64,000 bases of DNA from the human T2T-CHM13v2.0 reference genome, Homo sapiens. Positions 43,036 to 58,819 of this stretch are shown here, piece by piece. Under the pieces are notes generated by a model that saw nothing but the letters and a program-made list of their open reading frames with translations, was not told the origin of the DNA and made no database searches. The stretch lies in NCBI RefSeq assembly GCF_009914755.1, contig NC_060939.1; one strand, written 5' to 3'. Both the position numbers and the translations under genes were made by a program. Every line of letters starts with the position of its first letter. Position 1 is the stretch's first letter.

Positions 43036-43308
43036 TTTTTTTTCTTGAGACAGAGTCTCACTTGTCACCCAGGCTGGAGTGCAGTGGTGCAATCTCAGCT
43101 CCACCTCCCGGGTTCAAGCAATTCTCCTGCTTCAGCCTCCTGAGTAGCTGGGATTACAGGTACATGCTGCCATGCCCAGCTAATTTTTTTTGTGTTTTCA
43201 CCATGTTGGGGATTCACCATGTTGCCCAGGCTGGTCTCAAACTCCTGAGCTCAGGCAATCCACCCGTCTCGCCCTCCCAAAGTGCTAGGATTACAGGCGT
43301 GAGCCACC
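43036..43308 (-). mobile_element. Alu (S/J), reverse orientation, ~170 bp downstream of the exon 23 donor
   Basis: poly-T, gagacagagtctc...gattacaggcgtgagccacc; ccagcaat on both flanks. Confidence 0.93.
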
Positions 43309-43469
43309 AGCAATAAATTTTTAATGTGTTTTTTTCTGAGCTAATCTCCCCTACACCACAGTCTCTCTACTTGCTAAAAATATGCTTATTTTAGCATTTA
43401 ATGTGTTATTTTTTTAATTAAGTAAGCTTAGGAACTAGACAGTTTAACAGAAAATTTAAAGGGAATTTA

Positions 43470-43583
<114 letters not shown>

Positions 43584-46500
43584 TTAAAAACAAAATCCCA
43601 GTTCATCTTGGTGGTAAGCTTCTGTTCTCTTTGGTTTGTAATATTTAGATCATCTCACAGGCTTTGATTTGATTATTATTTTATAGTCAAAGTGACCGCT
43701 TTGTAAATATCTGGAAACACACACACACGCAAGCAAGCAAAAAATAAGCTCACTGATTACAAATACCATGATTCATTTATGGATAAGACCATGGCTGTTG
43801 TATTTAACAGAGTGGAGGAAAGCTAAGGAGAATGGGCAAGTCACTGTGGGGCTGTGTGTCTTTCAGAGAAAAACACAAGTGGGGCCAACAACCAAAGCCC
43901 AGAACGTGTGTCCCTCAGGAATGCAGTCTCAGACAGGAACCACCTTCCTCTGGACTCCAGGCCCACACACTAGGAAACTCTTTCAGTGGATGAAAGGATA
44001 GGTAAAAACAACCAGGTGGAACCCCTTTCCTTCACGTCTTCACCAATGGCATCTCCTTGACATAAAACACCTCTCTGGGTAAGCTTTTATGACCGTGCAC
44101 ACATGCATGCGTGCCATCCTCGCAGCCTGGTGAGCAATAGGGCCAAGGTGGCCACTTGGGTCATGAGATCCAACCCCCCACACACACTCACACCCAGGGA
44201 AGGCCCAGGAGCCTCCTCCGTCGCTCCCAGCCATCGTGGTCAGTGTTCACGAACAGGCGCGTGATTTGGGCTCAGCCAGTTTAGCTGAGTCCTGATGTCC
44301 GTGCACACACGGTTGAGGAAGAGTCGCCTTCCATCTCCATCTCTCTCTCCTTCTATGGAGGATGGGTGAACTGTGCAACACTGCCCTGGAGCTGCCTACA
44401 GCATGTCAGTGTGAGGGAGCAACCTTTCAGAGGCTGGACAACATGAATAACAGAGCAGGTGGAGGCCCCACGTCCCCATGAAGACACAGCACAGACAGGG
44501 TGAGCAGTGTGCCCAGGTGTCAGGTCGGGAAGTGGCAAGTCCTGACCGTGAACCATTCTGGCTCCAAAGGAAGATCAGTGAGAGGTGGGGCTCAGGCTGC
44601 CCCAGGCCTTTCTGTAGACAGCCATGCAGTGTCTGAAAGGCCTGGAGCAGCTGCGATATGCGAGTCTTCGGGGCAGTGCTGGCCCAGACAGCCCCCTCTG
44701 GGCACTGTTGCACCAACGGTTCCATCCCATCATCCTGCCTGCCAACCCCACTCCTTCCCTGGCCAGGAGACCTGCCCAGTGAGACTCCACACCCTTGCCA
44801 AGCCATCTAATGTGGCCATCATTTCTCACTGTCCGACAAGTCTCTTCCCACAAAGAAGCCGATGTTCCTCAGCAGGCCCTGCCCTGCTCAGCCCCAAGAA
44901 TGCACCTGGGTACCAGGACAGCATCAGCCTGCACCCTAAACCCTACTAACTCCAGGACATCATGAGTGGAGCCCAACCCATGGTCCAAGTTTACAGTCAG
45001 CAACTTGCGTGAGTGCTGAAAATAAAAGACTCCACTTATTTTCTCTCCCATTAAGGATTAGTGATTGAAAAAAATGCCCATTTTCCAATTAAAATGATAG
45101 TTTTGCAGGCAGGTCCTGCCCAGGTGGAGAGCATTTCACCCTGTCTGCTGTGGGCGTGGATTCCTGATCTGCGAGGGACCACTTCCCAGGAAACAGAAGG
45201 ATCTTTCCATTTCCTTTTGTAGGTTGCCAAGGTGAACTGCTCAGGAGGCTATTTTGGTCCTGAGCACTCTGGACTCAGGGAAAGGAATGGGGAGGAGGAA
45301 AGGATGTTGAAGGATCTGGAGGAGGGGCTGCATACCGCCTGGGGCCTGCATGAGGAAGGCTGGGTGAGGATGGGGGGCAAGTGGGGAGCACAGCTCTTTC
45401 CTTGGAAAGGGAGATGCGGCTGAGGACAGGCAAGGGCAGGGCTGGCTTATGTCATGGGGGTGACTGCTCAGCCTTCAGACATCAGACATCCACCCATCTT
45501 CTCAGGAGTGTCGTGTGGGTGACACCAGAGGGGCTGCTCTCCCCCAGAGGCCCTCCTGCAACCAGATGTGTCTGAATTGCCTGGCCTCCCTCCCTGAGGG
45601 CCCTCCTTCTCAGCCATCCCCTTGCAGAAGTCCTTCAGCCTTCTCACAGACTCATAGCCTGGGAGGCAGGACATCAACTCGTTAAGTCGCACAGAGCCCT
45701 GTTTCTTTAAAGAATGCTTTACGGGCAACAGAAACCTGATGAACAGCACTTAGACACGTGTGCGACCACCTCCTCCCCTGTAAGGAGAAGCCTGGAGACA
45801 GAGGGCGGGGAGCTGGTGCTAGGCCTGCTACTGTCAGGCAGGTCTCCACTGTTCTCGGCCTCTCCCTCCCCTCACAGGATGGCTTCCCAGCCACATCTAA
45901 GACAGGAGGGCAGGGAGGAGAACTGGCACCAACACATTTTGATGACGAAGGCAAAGGCTATGGCATAGGCTCCTACACAGGCCCCTCCTGTCTTATTGGT
46001 CAGCAAAATGAGACAAGCAAGGCTGATACCAAAGCAGAGAGGAGGCCCTGGAGAGGAGGCCAAAGACAGGAGGCCACGGAGAGGAGCCTCCGGAAAGGAG
46101 GCCCTGGAGAGGCCCCGGAGAGAGGCCTGGAGGTTATGGGTCAGCCCTGGCAGGTTCTGCACAGATGTATTGGAAATAAAGTGTGTCCGCCAGTGCAACA
46201 GAAGGAATGCTATATTTAAATTCAGAAGACCTCAGTTGAAGTCTCAAACCTTCTAAGCTCTGTAAGCTGAGCAAATCTGCCACCATTTCTGTTACATTAA
46301 CTGAGGTATTTGTGATAGTAGGGAAAGGAAGATGCAAAACCAGCCGGTGTTAGCCGTAGGAAGCATTTACCTCCTGGGGACAGGCAGTCCCAGGTGGCAC
46401 AAGTCCAGACACAGCGACAGCAGAGCTCTGTGGCGCCGTCAGGACCTGCTCCCTGCACCTGTGCGCTCTGCCACCTGCCAGCAACACACAGAGCCGGCCC

Positions 46501-47384
46501 ACACTCAAGCTGCAGATGCCGCAGGCATCTCCTCACCACGCATCCAGACATGACCATGGCCAGAGGAGGGAGCGGGACCCCTATGTTTTCTGAGGTTTGG
46601 TCTCAGGGCCAGGAAAATCATTATCAGAGCTCCTCCCTCTCCCACAGAAGACATTCCCTCATGTCACCTGGATTCCACATGGCTTTGGTCTGCCCATCCC
46701 TATGCCAGTCCCTGGCCAGGACCAGAAACCCAGCTGCCCATCCCTCCCTATCATGGGCAGGGGCAGAAATGCAGGGAGTCTGCTTCCTCTGTGTTTATGA
46801 GGACCATCACCACCTTCCCCAGCATCTCCTGGGGTGGTTGTGGGGTTCACATGAGATTAAGAATGTGAGCCTATTATTCAGATGCCAACGATGTTGCAGT
46901 CATTTAATAAGATACCAGTGGGGTTTTAAGGGTATTCCACGTGGCATGGGCTCCATGTGGTAGGGAGAACAAGGCCCCAGGTGTCACTTCCCCAGCTCAA
47001 GCCTCCCTCCCAGTTTCCATTGACGGAGAAGCACAGGGGGGTCGGGCCTGCACATGAACAGCCCTGCCTGTCCTGGCACACCCAGGTCATCCTGCATGGG
47101 AAGACAATGCATGGATCCAGAGGCAGAACAAGGGCATTTTCAAAACCATGCCTGGCTCTGTTTTTGATGAATGCTGCACACAAAGAATCGAACCTCCAGG
47201 GTAACTCCTGTGTCTGCAGTATACATTCCACTCAATAGGCCACACTCTCAGAACAGTGAGATTTTCCACTTGACAGAACACATATAAATTAACTCTATGC
47301 ATGGACATTCCCTTTGTCGAGTTGAAGAGCCACCAGTCCTTCAAGACCTGGATATAACCTAAGGAAAGCAGCAGCCTTAGGGTT

Positions 47385-47815
47385 TGAACACAGCCACGTG
47401 TGGCCTGGATTGGTGTGAACACAGCCACATGCTGCCTGGATTGGTGTGAACACAGCCACATGCTGCCTGGATTGGTGTGAACACAGCCACATGCTGCCTG
47501 GGTTTGTGTGAACACAGCCACGTGCTGCCTGGGTGGGTGTGAACACAGCCACGTGCTGTCTGGATTGATCTGAACACAGCCACATGCTGCCTGGGTGGGT
47601 GTGAACACAGCCACGTGCTGCCTGGATTGATCTAAACACAGCCACGTGCTGCCTGGGTTGGTGTGAACACAGCCACATGCTGCCTGGATTGGTGTGAACA
47701 CAGCCACATGCTGCCTGGATTGGTGTGAACACAGCCACATGCTGCCTGGATTGGTGTGAACACAGCCACGTGCTGCCTGAGTTGTTGAGAAAATAGTCAC
47801 ATGCTGCCTGGATTG
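47385..47815. repeat. 31-bp minisatellite (VNTR): 13 units plus 1 degenerate unit, consensus tgaacacagccacRtgctgcctggattggtg
   Basis: Unit starts at 47385, 47416 ... 47757, an exact 31-nt period. Confidence 0.97.
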
Positions 47816-48169
47816 ACCACAGCCTCTAGATAACTGCAGCAGGGAAGACTTCTTCACTCTCCACGCTCACTTCACTTCCTTCCCACAGGTTTTCTGCCTT
47901 AGGATTGCACCTGCCAGTAACACCTTAGCACGTGCACTTGCCTCCACCTCTGCTTTCCAGGAAACTCAGGCAAAGGCAGGTTTTTCTGAAGGCTTATTTG
48001 AATAGTTCTTAGCTCTTCATGAAAAGAGCAACCAAAAAATACTGGGGTCAGACCAGTTAAAAAAAAAAAAAGTTGTTTCAAAGTATCCAGTGAATCACCT
48101 CCAATTTATAGAGCAAATGACATTTCTAAAACCAAATGAAAACTTCTATTTAAAGTGTTCCTCAGAATG

Positions 48170-48360
48170 CCAGCCCTGGAGGATGGGAAGTTGGTGTTTC
48201 ATGGGGAAAGAGCTTCAGCCTGGGCTGGTGAAAAGAGCTCTGCAGATGGACGGTGGTGACGGCTGCGCAACGCTGTGAATGTCCCTAATGCCACTGAACT
48301 GTGCACTTACACACAGTTAAGATGGTACATTTTAGGTTACACATATTTTACCATAATTTC
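48170..48360 (+). mobile_element. L1MB-type 3' end fragment
   Basis: gatggacggtggtgacggctgcgcaac...aatgccactgaactgtgcactta...attttaccataat. Confidence 0.8.
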
Positions 48361-49789
48361 TGTAAAATGCTAAATCTTGAGTCAACGAGAAAGGGCCTTG
48401 AGAGAATAAGTGTAGAGTTAACTCCCAACACAACTGCACTCCTGCCGTGCCAGGAACAGGTGCCTTTCAATCGCCAGAGCTACTAGATTAAAACGCTCCC
48501 AAGACTGAAAACATTCATTATTCGCTGCATCCCTGCTTCCAAAGTGTGCTCAGTTAATAAGTGTCTAATCCTATTTTAGGAATTAGCCTATAAATGGCAC
48601 ACATTGATGTCTCTCCTAGAGAAATCTCCTCCACATTGATCCTACATGTTTTGGGGAAATCCAAACTAGCTCACGAGGCCTGTCACTCTGTATGACCTGG
48701 CTTCACACTTCCCTGTCTGCAGAACCTCCTCCGATGTCTCCAGTCTCTCCTCAGGGCCCTGTGCACTCAGGGCACACCACCGTTACAGGACGTGTCAGTC
48801 TATGCTGTAACCTTAGTTTAGGTGACCATCCTCCCCACTCGACAGCAGGGGGGTGAATTCACTGTCTGTTACAATGTCAGGGTATAGCAGATGCTCAGCA
48901 AGTTCAAATGAACAGAATCCTCATAGGGGATGCATTTCCAGGTGTCCTTGGATCCTGTTCCTTATTGTTGATGTTAAATGTAGCTCTGCATTGCCTTCCC
49001 GGGACTGGTTCTTAGGGGCAATTTCAGCACTCAATTTCAACAAGTTCTACACTCTCGGAAGAACTTGAGGCATCAGTCACTGACTTACATGAATTAGCTG
49101 GCTGCTGACATTACAGAAACTTCACTGAATGACATTAATCCCCCTTTTCAGCCAAGGAGATAAACTAACCAGAGAGGTATTGATTTAATAGTCAGAAATC
49201 AATCAAAGAACAAAGAAAGCTGGATTATCTAAGAATACCTGGATATAAGAATAAAAACTTAAAGCGTATCTGATGTGTTGATCTAAGATTCTTCACAATC
49301 CCCCTGTGTTCCCAAAGGTGATCAGGCTTCTTAGCTGTGAGAAGGACTCCCCCGCTGTTCTCTCCACAGCAACGGCATCCACAACCCTGTGTCTGCTCAC
49401 CAGAGGTCAGTCTCTCCCAACACTCTCTCTAATCCACTCCTCACTGTCTCCAAAGTGCAATGCCCACCCCAAAAACATCCTTTAATCTTTCTTCCCACTC
49501 TTATGGGTTAGAGTCTCCCCTTCTAGCTGACCCATTTGTCCCTCCACTGCTTAAGAGAGAAAGAGAACTGCAACTGAGGATGGCTTCTGATTCAAAATCT
49601 GTTTCTAAACCTAAGCACGACCCACACAGGCACACGGCGGGAACACATTAGCTGTGAAGCATCAGAACCAGTCATCCCCAGGCAATGGGCCCGGGAAGTC
49701 GGGGGCAGCTCTGCAGAGAATGGGAAGGAACGGAGTTGCTCTGGAATTGCTCTGTCAAAGCTGAATATGTGTGTCCACTCAGGAAATCA

Positions 49790-50062
<273 letters not shown>

Positions 50063-50309
50063 TTAGAAAATCCAAATGCTTTCTCAGCATTCAAACTCTA
50101 AGGAGCATAAGATTTGTGGAAAGAAACCAAAGCAGACTTTGGAATCCACAGAAACTTGAGTTTGAACTCATCTGTATGTCTTTGATGCCAGCTGCCACCA
50201 ACTGGTCCTCCTGGTCCTGAGCCCTGCCAGCTGTTGTGGCTCTTATACGGGGTAAAGGCACACAGAGTCTAACACAGGGCCTGAGAACATGGCCATTAAA
50301 ACAGAGCTC

Positions 50310-50470
50310 ATAGAACCCTGGAGTGCTGTGCTAACTATGCACACGTCATCTTGAATCCTCAACATCCCTCAAGTGTGCTGTTACTCCTTCCTTTGACAGA
50401 TGAGGAGACCAGGATGCAGAGAGGCACAGGAGCACAGATCTTGAAAGCAATCCAGCCGGAACTCACACAC
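50310..50470. mobile_element. MIR relic
   Basis: ttgacagatgaggagaccaggatgcagagagg MIR core. Confidence 0.55.
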
Positions 50471-50618
50471 AGTCCCCTGACCCTAAACTGCATGCTGGGT
50501 CCCCTGTGCTAAGCCACTTATCACGGCTGCTCCCTGCCAGGCACCCTGAGCCTGCTAACATTCACAGCATGACATCAGGTACCAGATTCTACAGCCAGGA
50601 AGCACCATTCTCTAGTCA

Positions 50619-52110
<1,492 letters not shown>

Positions 52111-54419
52111 AAGAAATTTGTGTTCAAACAGCATGCCCCCTTGTGGCTTATGTTGCTAGAAGGAGCTGGGAAGGACACAGCCATTGAGCCTGCCTCCGGG
52201 AGGCTCCGGAGAATGGAGAGCTATGTTGTCCCCACCAGACACCTCAGAGAGCCCACAGGGTGTGAAGGAGAGACCCCTGGGCCCGCCATCCCGGGCAGTT
52301 GCGTATGTCAACCACTCTAAAGAGCAGCAGGAGGAGAGCACCAATGGTGGCTGATCTGGAAAACATTACACAAAAACACAAACAGAAAGCGGACCCCAGT
52401 GTGGAGATGTGAATGATGTGCAATAATATTCGATGCCGAGAATTAAGGGGCAAGAGAGCCACCCTCTGCTGGGTGCTCAGTCCCCCAATGTCATGAAAGA
52501 GGTGCCTTAGGGCTTACTTGGGAAGATCCATTCACTCTCAGCTCCTGACCGCTGCAGCAGGATTTCGTGTGTGCCCTCTGCTGCATCCCACTGGGGCAGG
52601 TGGGTCCTCCTCCCCACCCCAGATTCTGGGCTTGCCTAGTGGCTTCCTTTGACCGATAGAATGTGGGTGGGTTGGACAGAAGATCTTGTGTTTCTGCATG
52701 CCCCTCTGGAGGTTCAGGCTCTTGGCCACAACAGAAGATGGAGCCTGGGCACTGCTGCTGCCCTGGGGAGTCCCCATGGGGAGGACATGTGGAGCAGGGT
52801 CCGCCCAGCCCCAGCGGAGTCCAGACCAGGAAGCTGCAGCCAGGCCGCTGACCCATGTGCCTGCTACTGCACATGTCTCCACCAGTCCAGGGTCTGGTTC
52901 TCGAGAGTTGCCTTGCAGGGTCTGAGAAGGAGCCCTTCATATTTGCTGGGTCACAAGGGGCATGTTGAACAGCTCAATTTTTTGTTGTCAGTAGCGTCAA
53001 ATATACACTGGAAGAGAAATAAGTAGCACGCTAGGAAAAGCATCTGATTCTGCGTCTATCAATCTGATGCAGAATCAGAAACTCCTGGCAGCAGGGTGCT
53101 CCCATGCAGTCCCTGAGGCACTTTTCAAGCTTTGCTTTTGTTGTCTTATGATAAACGCGATTATCATAGAGGCACCTTTAGACTTGATGTCTTCGTTCTT
53201 CGGAGGAGTGAGCGAAGTGCAACTTCTCACAACAGCCAGTTATCAATGAGCAGAGCTAACACACACACATCACTGTGAGGCCACGGGGCCCCTAGGCACT
53301 GAGCACCATGCTGTTGGTGCAAAGCCAGCCTCCACCCTACAGAACACGGCACGCCACCCGGAACAAGGAGACAGGGTCAGAACAACTAAGCACAGGACCC
53401 TGGGTCCTTGTGGGGGCATTGCAGTATCAAGGGAGGAGGCAATGTCTTCAAGCTTAGTGATGTGGAAATTCCAGCAAGTGCTCCTGTGCTGCGAGGTCCA
53501 TCACCCAAAGCCAGAGAAAACCTACCCCATGTTCCAAACTGCATACTTACAACTGCCAGATTCTGTTACAGGCTGATTGCTTCAAAAAGTATGCTCTGAC
53601 ATTGTTTTCAAAGCAAGCCCTCTCTGGGATTTGCAATTCTGATAAGAACCAGCTCCCTAAACTCCAGAGCCCAAGGGTCTCCCCGCAACTCTGTGGCCTG
53701 TCCTCCCAGGCCCTGCCTTGATCAAGCTCTCCTTCCCACAACATAGATGCACCATTTGCCCCTTTAATTCTGTCCTCCATGCAGCCAGCCATGACCTTTC
53801 CATCTCTGAAGTCTGCCCATGCAACTGACCTGACTCCACACCCTTCAATCTGAGGCAAGCGCTCCCTCGCCAGGCTGTCCTCTGCCTCACACACTACAGT
53901 CTTCACAGGCCTTCACCTGAGCACCACCTGCCACTTCTGTGCAGTTGCCCATGCCCACATCTCCACCTAGGCACATGGTCACTCTTGCCCTCACATAGCC
54001 TCCCGCTCAGCCCATAAGAGGCTTGGGCATCTCTCCTCTGAGAAGTCTCCCTGAGTTCCTCAATGTGGCTGCTATTTTATCACACACTATGCCCAGAGCT
54101 TACTTCCATCATTGCATTTAACACTTATCCCTCCTCCACTGGATGGGACCATGTTATCTTGTCTATGCTCATTTATTCTTAGTTCAGTCAATAATTATTC
54201 TGAATATTCCATTTTGTGTCTGGTTCTGCTCTAGATACAAGAGACAGACAGTAAATATAAGACACAAAAATCCCTGCCCTCATAGAGCTTGCTTTACAGT
54301 GGCAGACAGAAAAATTTAAAACTAATGAATGACAGCACAGAAGATGGCAGAGCAGGAAGCTCCAGGAATCTACCTCTGCCTAAAGGATGACTGAACTGGC
54401 AGGAACTGTCTGAAGCTAC

Positions 54420-54847
54420 TGTATGAGCTCCCTGTAGCTGCTGTCACAAAGCACCACGAGCTGGGTACTGAAAACAACAGGACTTCATTGCCGCACGGCT
54501 CTGAAGGCGAGAGTGTGAAACCAGGTGTTGGCCTGGCTGTGCTCTCTGATGGCTCTAGGGGAGGGTCCTTCCTTGCCCCACTGGTGTCTGCGGCAATCCT
54601 GGCCATCCTTGGCTTGTGGGTGCATCACTCCAGCCACACAGGAGCCTTCCCCGTGCCTGTGTGCGTCTGTGCCAAAATTTCCCCTTTTTGTAAGGACATC
54701 AGTCATATTGGATTAGGGCCCACCCTGGTGACCTGATTTAAACTTGATTATCTCTGTAAAGGCCCTATTTTCATGTAAGGTTACATTCCAAAGTACCCGG
54801 GGTTAGGACCTCAGTATATGTTTTGGGGAGACAATTCAATTCAAACA
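54420..54847 (-). mobile_element. MLT1 (MaLR) solo LTR
   Basis: tgtatgag...gctgctgtcacaaagcaccac...taaggacatcagtcatattggattagggcccaccc...ttcaaaca, with TG...CA ends. Confidence 0.85.
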
Positions 54848-55194
54848 GTAACTATTTTGGAAGTCTAGAGTGTAGTCAAACACCTTCAGCAACCACAGGA
54901 AAGACTGATAAAAAGGGTTTTGGTGAATTTTGGCTTTTTTAATAGTGGTTGTCACTCCCCATCTCTCTCCCTGTGGCAGGAAGCTGTGGGGGTGGCAGCT
55001 CATGTTTAGGATGTGACTTGCTGATATCAGGGCAGGCAATAACGACCTTGTCCTCCAAAAACTGAGGTTATGTATGTTGATTGCTGGCCACTGTTTTGAT
55101 CACTGAGGGGCCAGCACAGAGGCTGGCCATTGTTTCAACCTCCAAGTGATGGAACAGCTTCCAGGGAATTTAAAGTGGCAGTAATTATTTCTGT

Positions 55195-55217
55195 ACACAC
55201 ACACAAACACACACCCC

Positions 55218-55252
<35 letters not shown>
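55195..55252. repeat. (CA)n microsatellite, interrupted
   Basis: Read directly from the sequence. Confidence 0.95.
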
Positions 55253-55253
<1 letters not shown>

Positions 55254-55857
55254 TTTTTGGGAGCCAGAAATTTAAGGAAATCTTTGTCAGTCTACTAGTT
55301 GACTATAGAGATAATAGAAGAAAAACTTCAATGACCATACACTTTTCAAAAAATGTTTGGAAAAATCATAAATGGATGGCTCCAGCACTCAACAAGCAAG
55401 ACTCAGCAATGTCTGAGGAATGGGAGAATTAGATCTCTAGTATTACCACAACATAATACTCAAAATGTTCAGCTCTTAACAAAGAAGATTACACAACATA
55501 CAAACAAATAGGAAAGTGTGGCCCATTCACAGAAAAACAATTGACAGAAATCATCCCTGAAGAAGTCTAGGCATTAGAATTATTAGTCAAAGATGTTAAT
55601 TCAGCTATCTTAAAGAGGTTCAATAACTACAGGAAACCATAGGCAAAGAGTTAGAGGAAATCAATAAAATGATGTACAGACAGAATTTAAATATCACTAA
55701 AGAGATATAAATTATAAAGAGGAATCAAATAGAAATTCTGGACCTGAAAGTATAATAACTTAAATGGAAACCTCACTACAAGAGTTCAACAGTGGAATTG
55801 AGGAAGCCGAAGAAAGGATCAGTGAACTTGAAGATACGACGTTTGAAATTATCAGGG

Positions 55858-56140
55858 CTTATCTAGAATATTTAAATTCATAAGAGACAGAAAGTAAGAT
55901 GGTGGTTGCCAAGGCCTTGGGGGACTAGGGAATGGGGAATTATTTTTAATGGGTACAGGGTTTTAGTTTTGCAAGGAAAAGAGCTCTGGAAATGGATCGT
56001 GGTGATAGTTGTACAATAATATAAATTTACTTAATGCTACTAAACTGTACACTTAAAAATGATTAAGATGGTGCATTTTATGTTACATGTGTTTTACCAC
56101 AATTTAAAAAAATAAATAAAATTTAAAATGTCAAAAAAAG
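55858..56140 (+). mobile_element. L1MB-type 3' end nested in the older L1 ORF1
   Basis: gagacagaaagtaagatggtggttgccaagg...ttttaccacaatttaaaaaa; degenerate gaaatt(atc/gt)agg duplication on the flanks. Confidence 0.8.
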
Positions 56141-56669
56141 AAGAAATTGTAGGCCTGAGGAGCAGAAAGTAAAAGAAAAAAAATAAATAAACAGAGCCCA
56201 AAGGACCTGTGGGACACCATCAAATCTACCAACATATGCATTATAGGATTTCCAGAAAGAGAAGATGGAGAGAAAGAGACAGGAAAAATATTTAATAGGC
56301 ATTCAGCTAATAAAGATGTAATCTATGAAGGAAGTAAGGACTGAACTGTAAAGGAAGTAAGGACTAAATAGTCTGTATGCTATTGAAACTAATTTGGTAT
56401 TATTCATGACAGGTTGTTATATATTTAGGATGTTAATTTAAATTTCCAAGGTAACCACTAAGAAAATAACTATTAAAATATACAGAAAATTAAAACAAGG
56501 TAATCAAAACTGTACACTACAAAAAAATCAACTAAATACAAAAAAAAAAGGCAGTAATGGAGAAACTGAGAAACAAAAAATCTAAGATATGCAGAAAAGA
56601 AATACATGGCAGAGTAATTACTTCTTTATCAGAAATTACACTAATTGTAAATGGATTAAACTCTCCTGT

Positions 56670-56989
<320 letters not shown>

Positions 56990-58819
56990 TTAGATACAAG
57001 GACACAAATAAGTTAAAAGTAAGAAAAAATATTTTACATGTAAATAGTAACCAAAATAGAACTGAGGTGGGTACATTATTGTCAGACAAAATAGAATTTA
57101 AATAAAAACAGGTTACAAAAGACAAAGAATAACATTATATATTTATAAATGATTCAATACAGAAGGAAGATACAACAATTATAAATATTTACACACCTAA
57201 AAATAGAACGTGGAAATATATGAAACAAAAATTGGCATAATTGAAGGAGAAATAGATATTTCTACTATAAAATTTGGAGACATAAAATATTCCCCAAGAT
57301 AGACCACATGTAGGGCACAAAACAATTCTCAATAAATTTTAAAAGATTAAAATAATACATAGTATCTTTTCTAATTACAGTAGAATGAAACTAGAAATCA
57401 GTAACAGAAGGAAAAAGAGAAAATTTACAAATATTAAACAACCAATGAGTTAAAGAAGAAATTACAAGGAAAATCAGAAAACACCTAAGACAAAGAGAAA
57501 TGAAGACACAACATACTAAAACTTGTGAAATTCAATGAAAGCAGTGCTAATAGGAACATTTACAGCTATAAATGCATATATTATAAAAGAAGAAATACCT
57601 CAAATAAATAACCTAACTTCACACCTTAAGAAACTATAAAAAGGCAAGCAAACTAAACCTAAAGCTAGTAGAATGAGGGAAATAAGATAGATTAGAAGAG
57701 AGATAAATAAGATGAAGAATAGAAAAAATAGAGAAAGTCAATAAAACCAAAAGCTGATTCCTTGAAAGGATCGACGATATTGTCAAAGTTTTATCTAGAT
57801 TGACTAAGAAAAAGAGATAAAATACAAACGACTAAAATCAAAAACTAAAGTGGAAACATTATTACCAATCTTACAGAAATAAAAAGGATTATAAAAGAAA
57901 ACTATAAACAATTACATGCCAACAAATTGTGTTAACTAAGTGAAATAAATAAATTTCTAGAAATACACAATCTACCAAAACTGACTCATGAAAAAATAGA
58001 ATATTTGATTAGATCTGTAACTAGTAAGGACACTGAATCAGTAACCAAAAAATTCCCAACAAAGAAAAGTCTAGGACCACATGGCTTCACTGGTGCATTC
58101 TACCAAACATTTAAAGAAAAATTAATACCAACGTTCCAAAAACTGTTTCAAAAAATGAAGAAGAGGGAATACTTCCTAACTCATTCCATGAGGCCAGCAT
58201 TACCCTGATACTAAGTCAGACAAAGCCACTACAAGAAAAGAAAACTACAGATCAATGTTCCTGATGAAATTGGGATGTAGTCTATACCAACGTTCTTACA
58301 GGAAGAAAGGAACGGAAGGAAGCCATTGCCTCCACAAACATGACATCGATGGAAAGACCCCAGGGCTTGGGAAAAAAGATGGCAGATAGCAGCACTCAGG
58401 AAACAAAATATAAAATAAAATAAAATAAAAAGTGGCAAAGGATAAAAAAGGTTTTCTGTGAGAAAAAGAAATGTGATGAAAGTTATAAAGGTGCTATTTT
58501 TTAAACAAGAATTCCAGGCTGATTTAGCACTTTAAACTGTATGAATGTATAATTTTATTTAAAAGCAAACATTGAACAACTAAGCAGCTCAAAAGAATAA
58601 TGAATAAGTAAAATACACAGTATGCTTGGTGGTATTAAGTGTTATGGGGAAAAAAATAAAGCAAAAAGGGAGACAGGGAGGATGAGGTTGTCAATTTAGC
58701 ACTGGGAAGGAGCAATTTTGCAAAACTCAATAAAAGGTGAAGGAGCAAGACCAAGCTCTAATGATCTGTGTGAATAGAATCTCAGACAGAAAGCATACAA
58801 AAGTGCAAAAGCCTTTATA

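Noticed and set aside
47087-47857. 256-aa repetitive ORF; CRISPR-like appearance of the array
   Set aside because: The ORF is a read-through of the 31-bp VNTR. Units are contiguous with no unique spacers and the DNA is primate, so it is not CRISPR.
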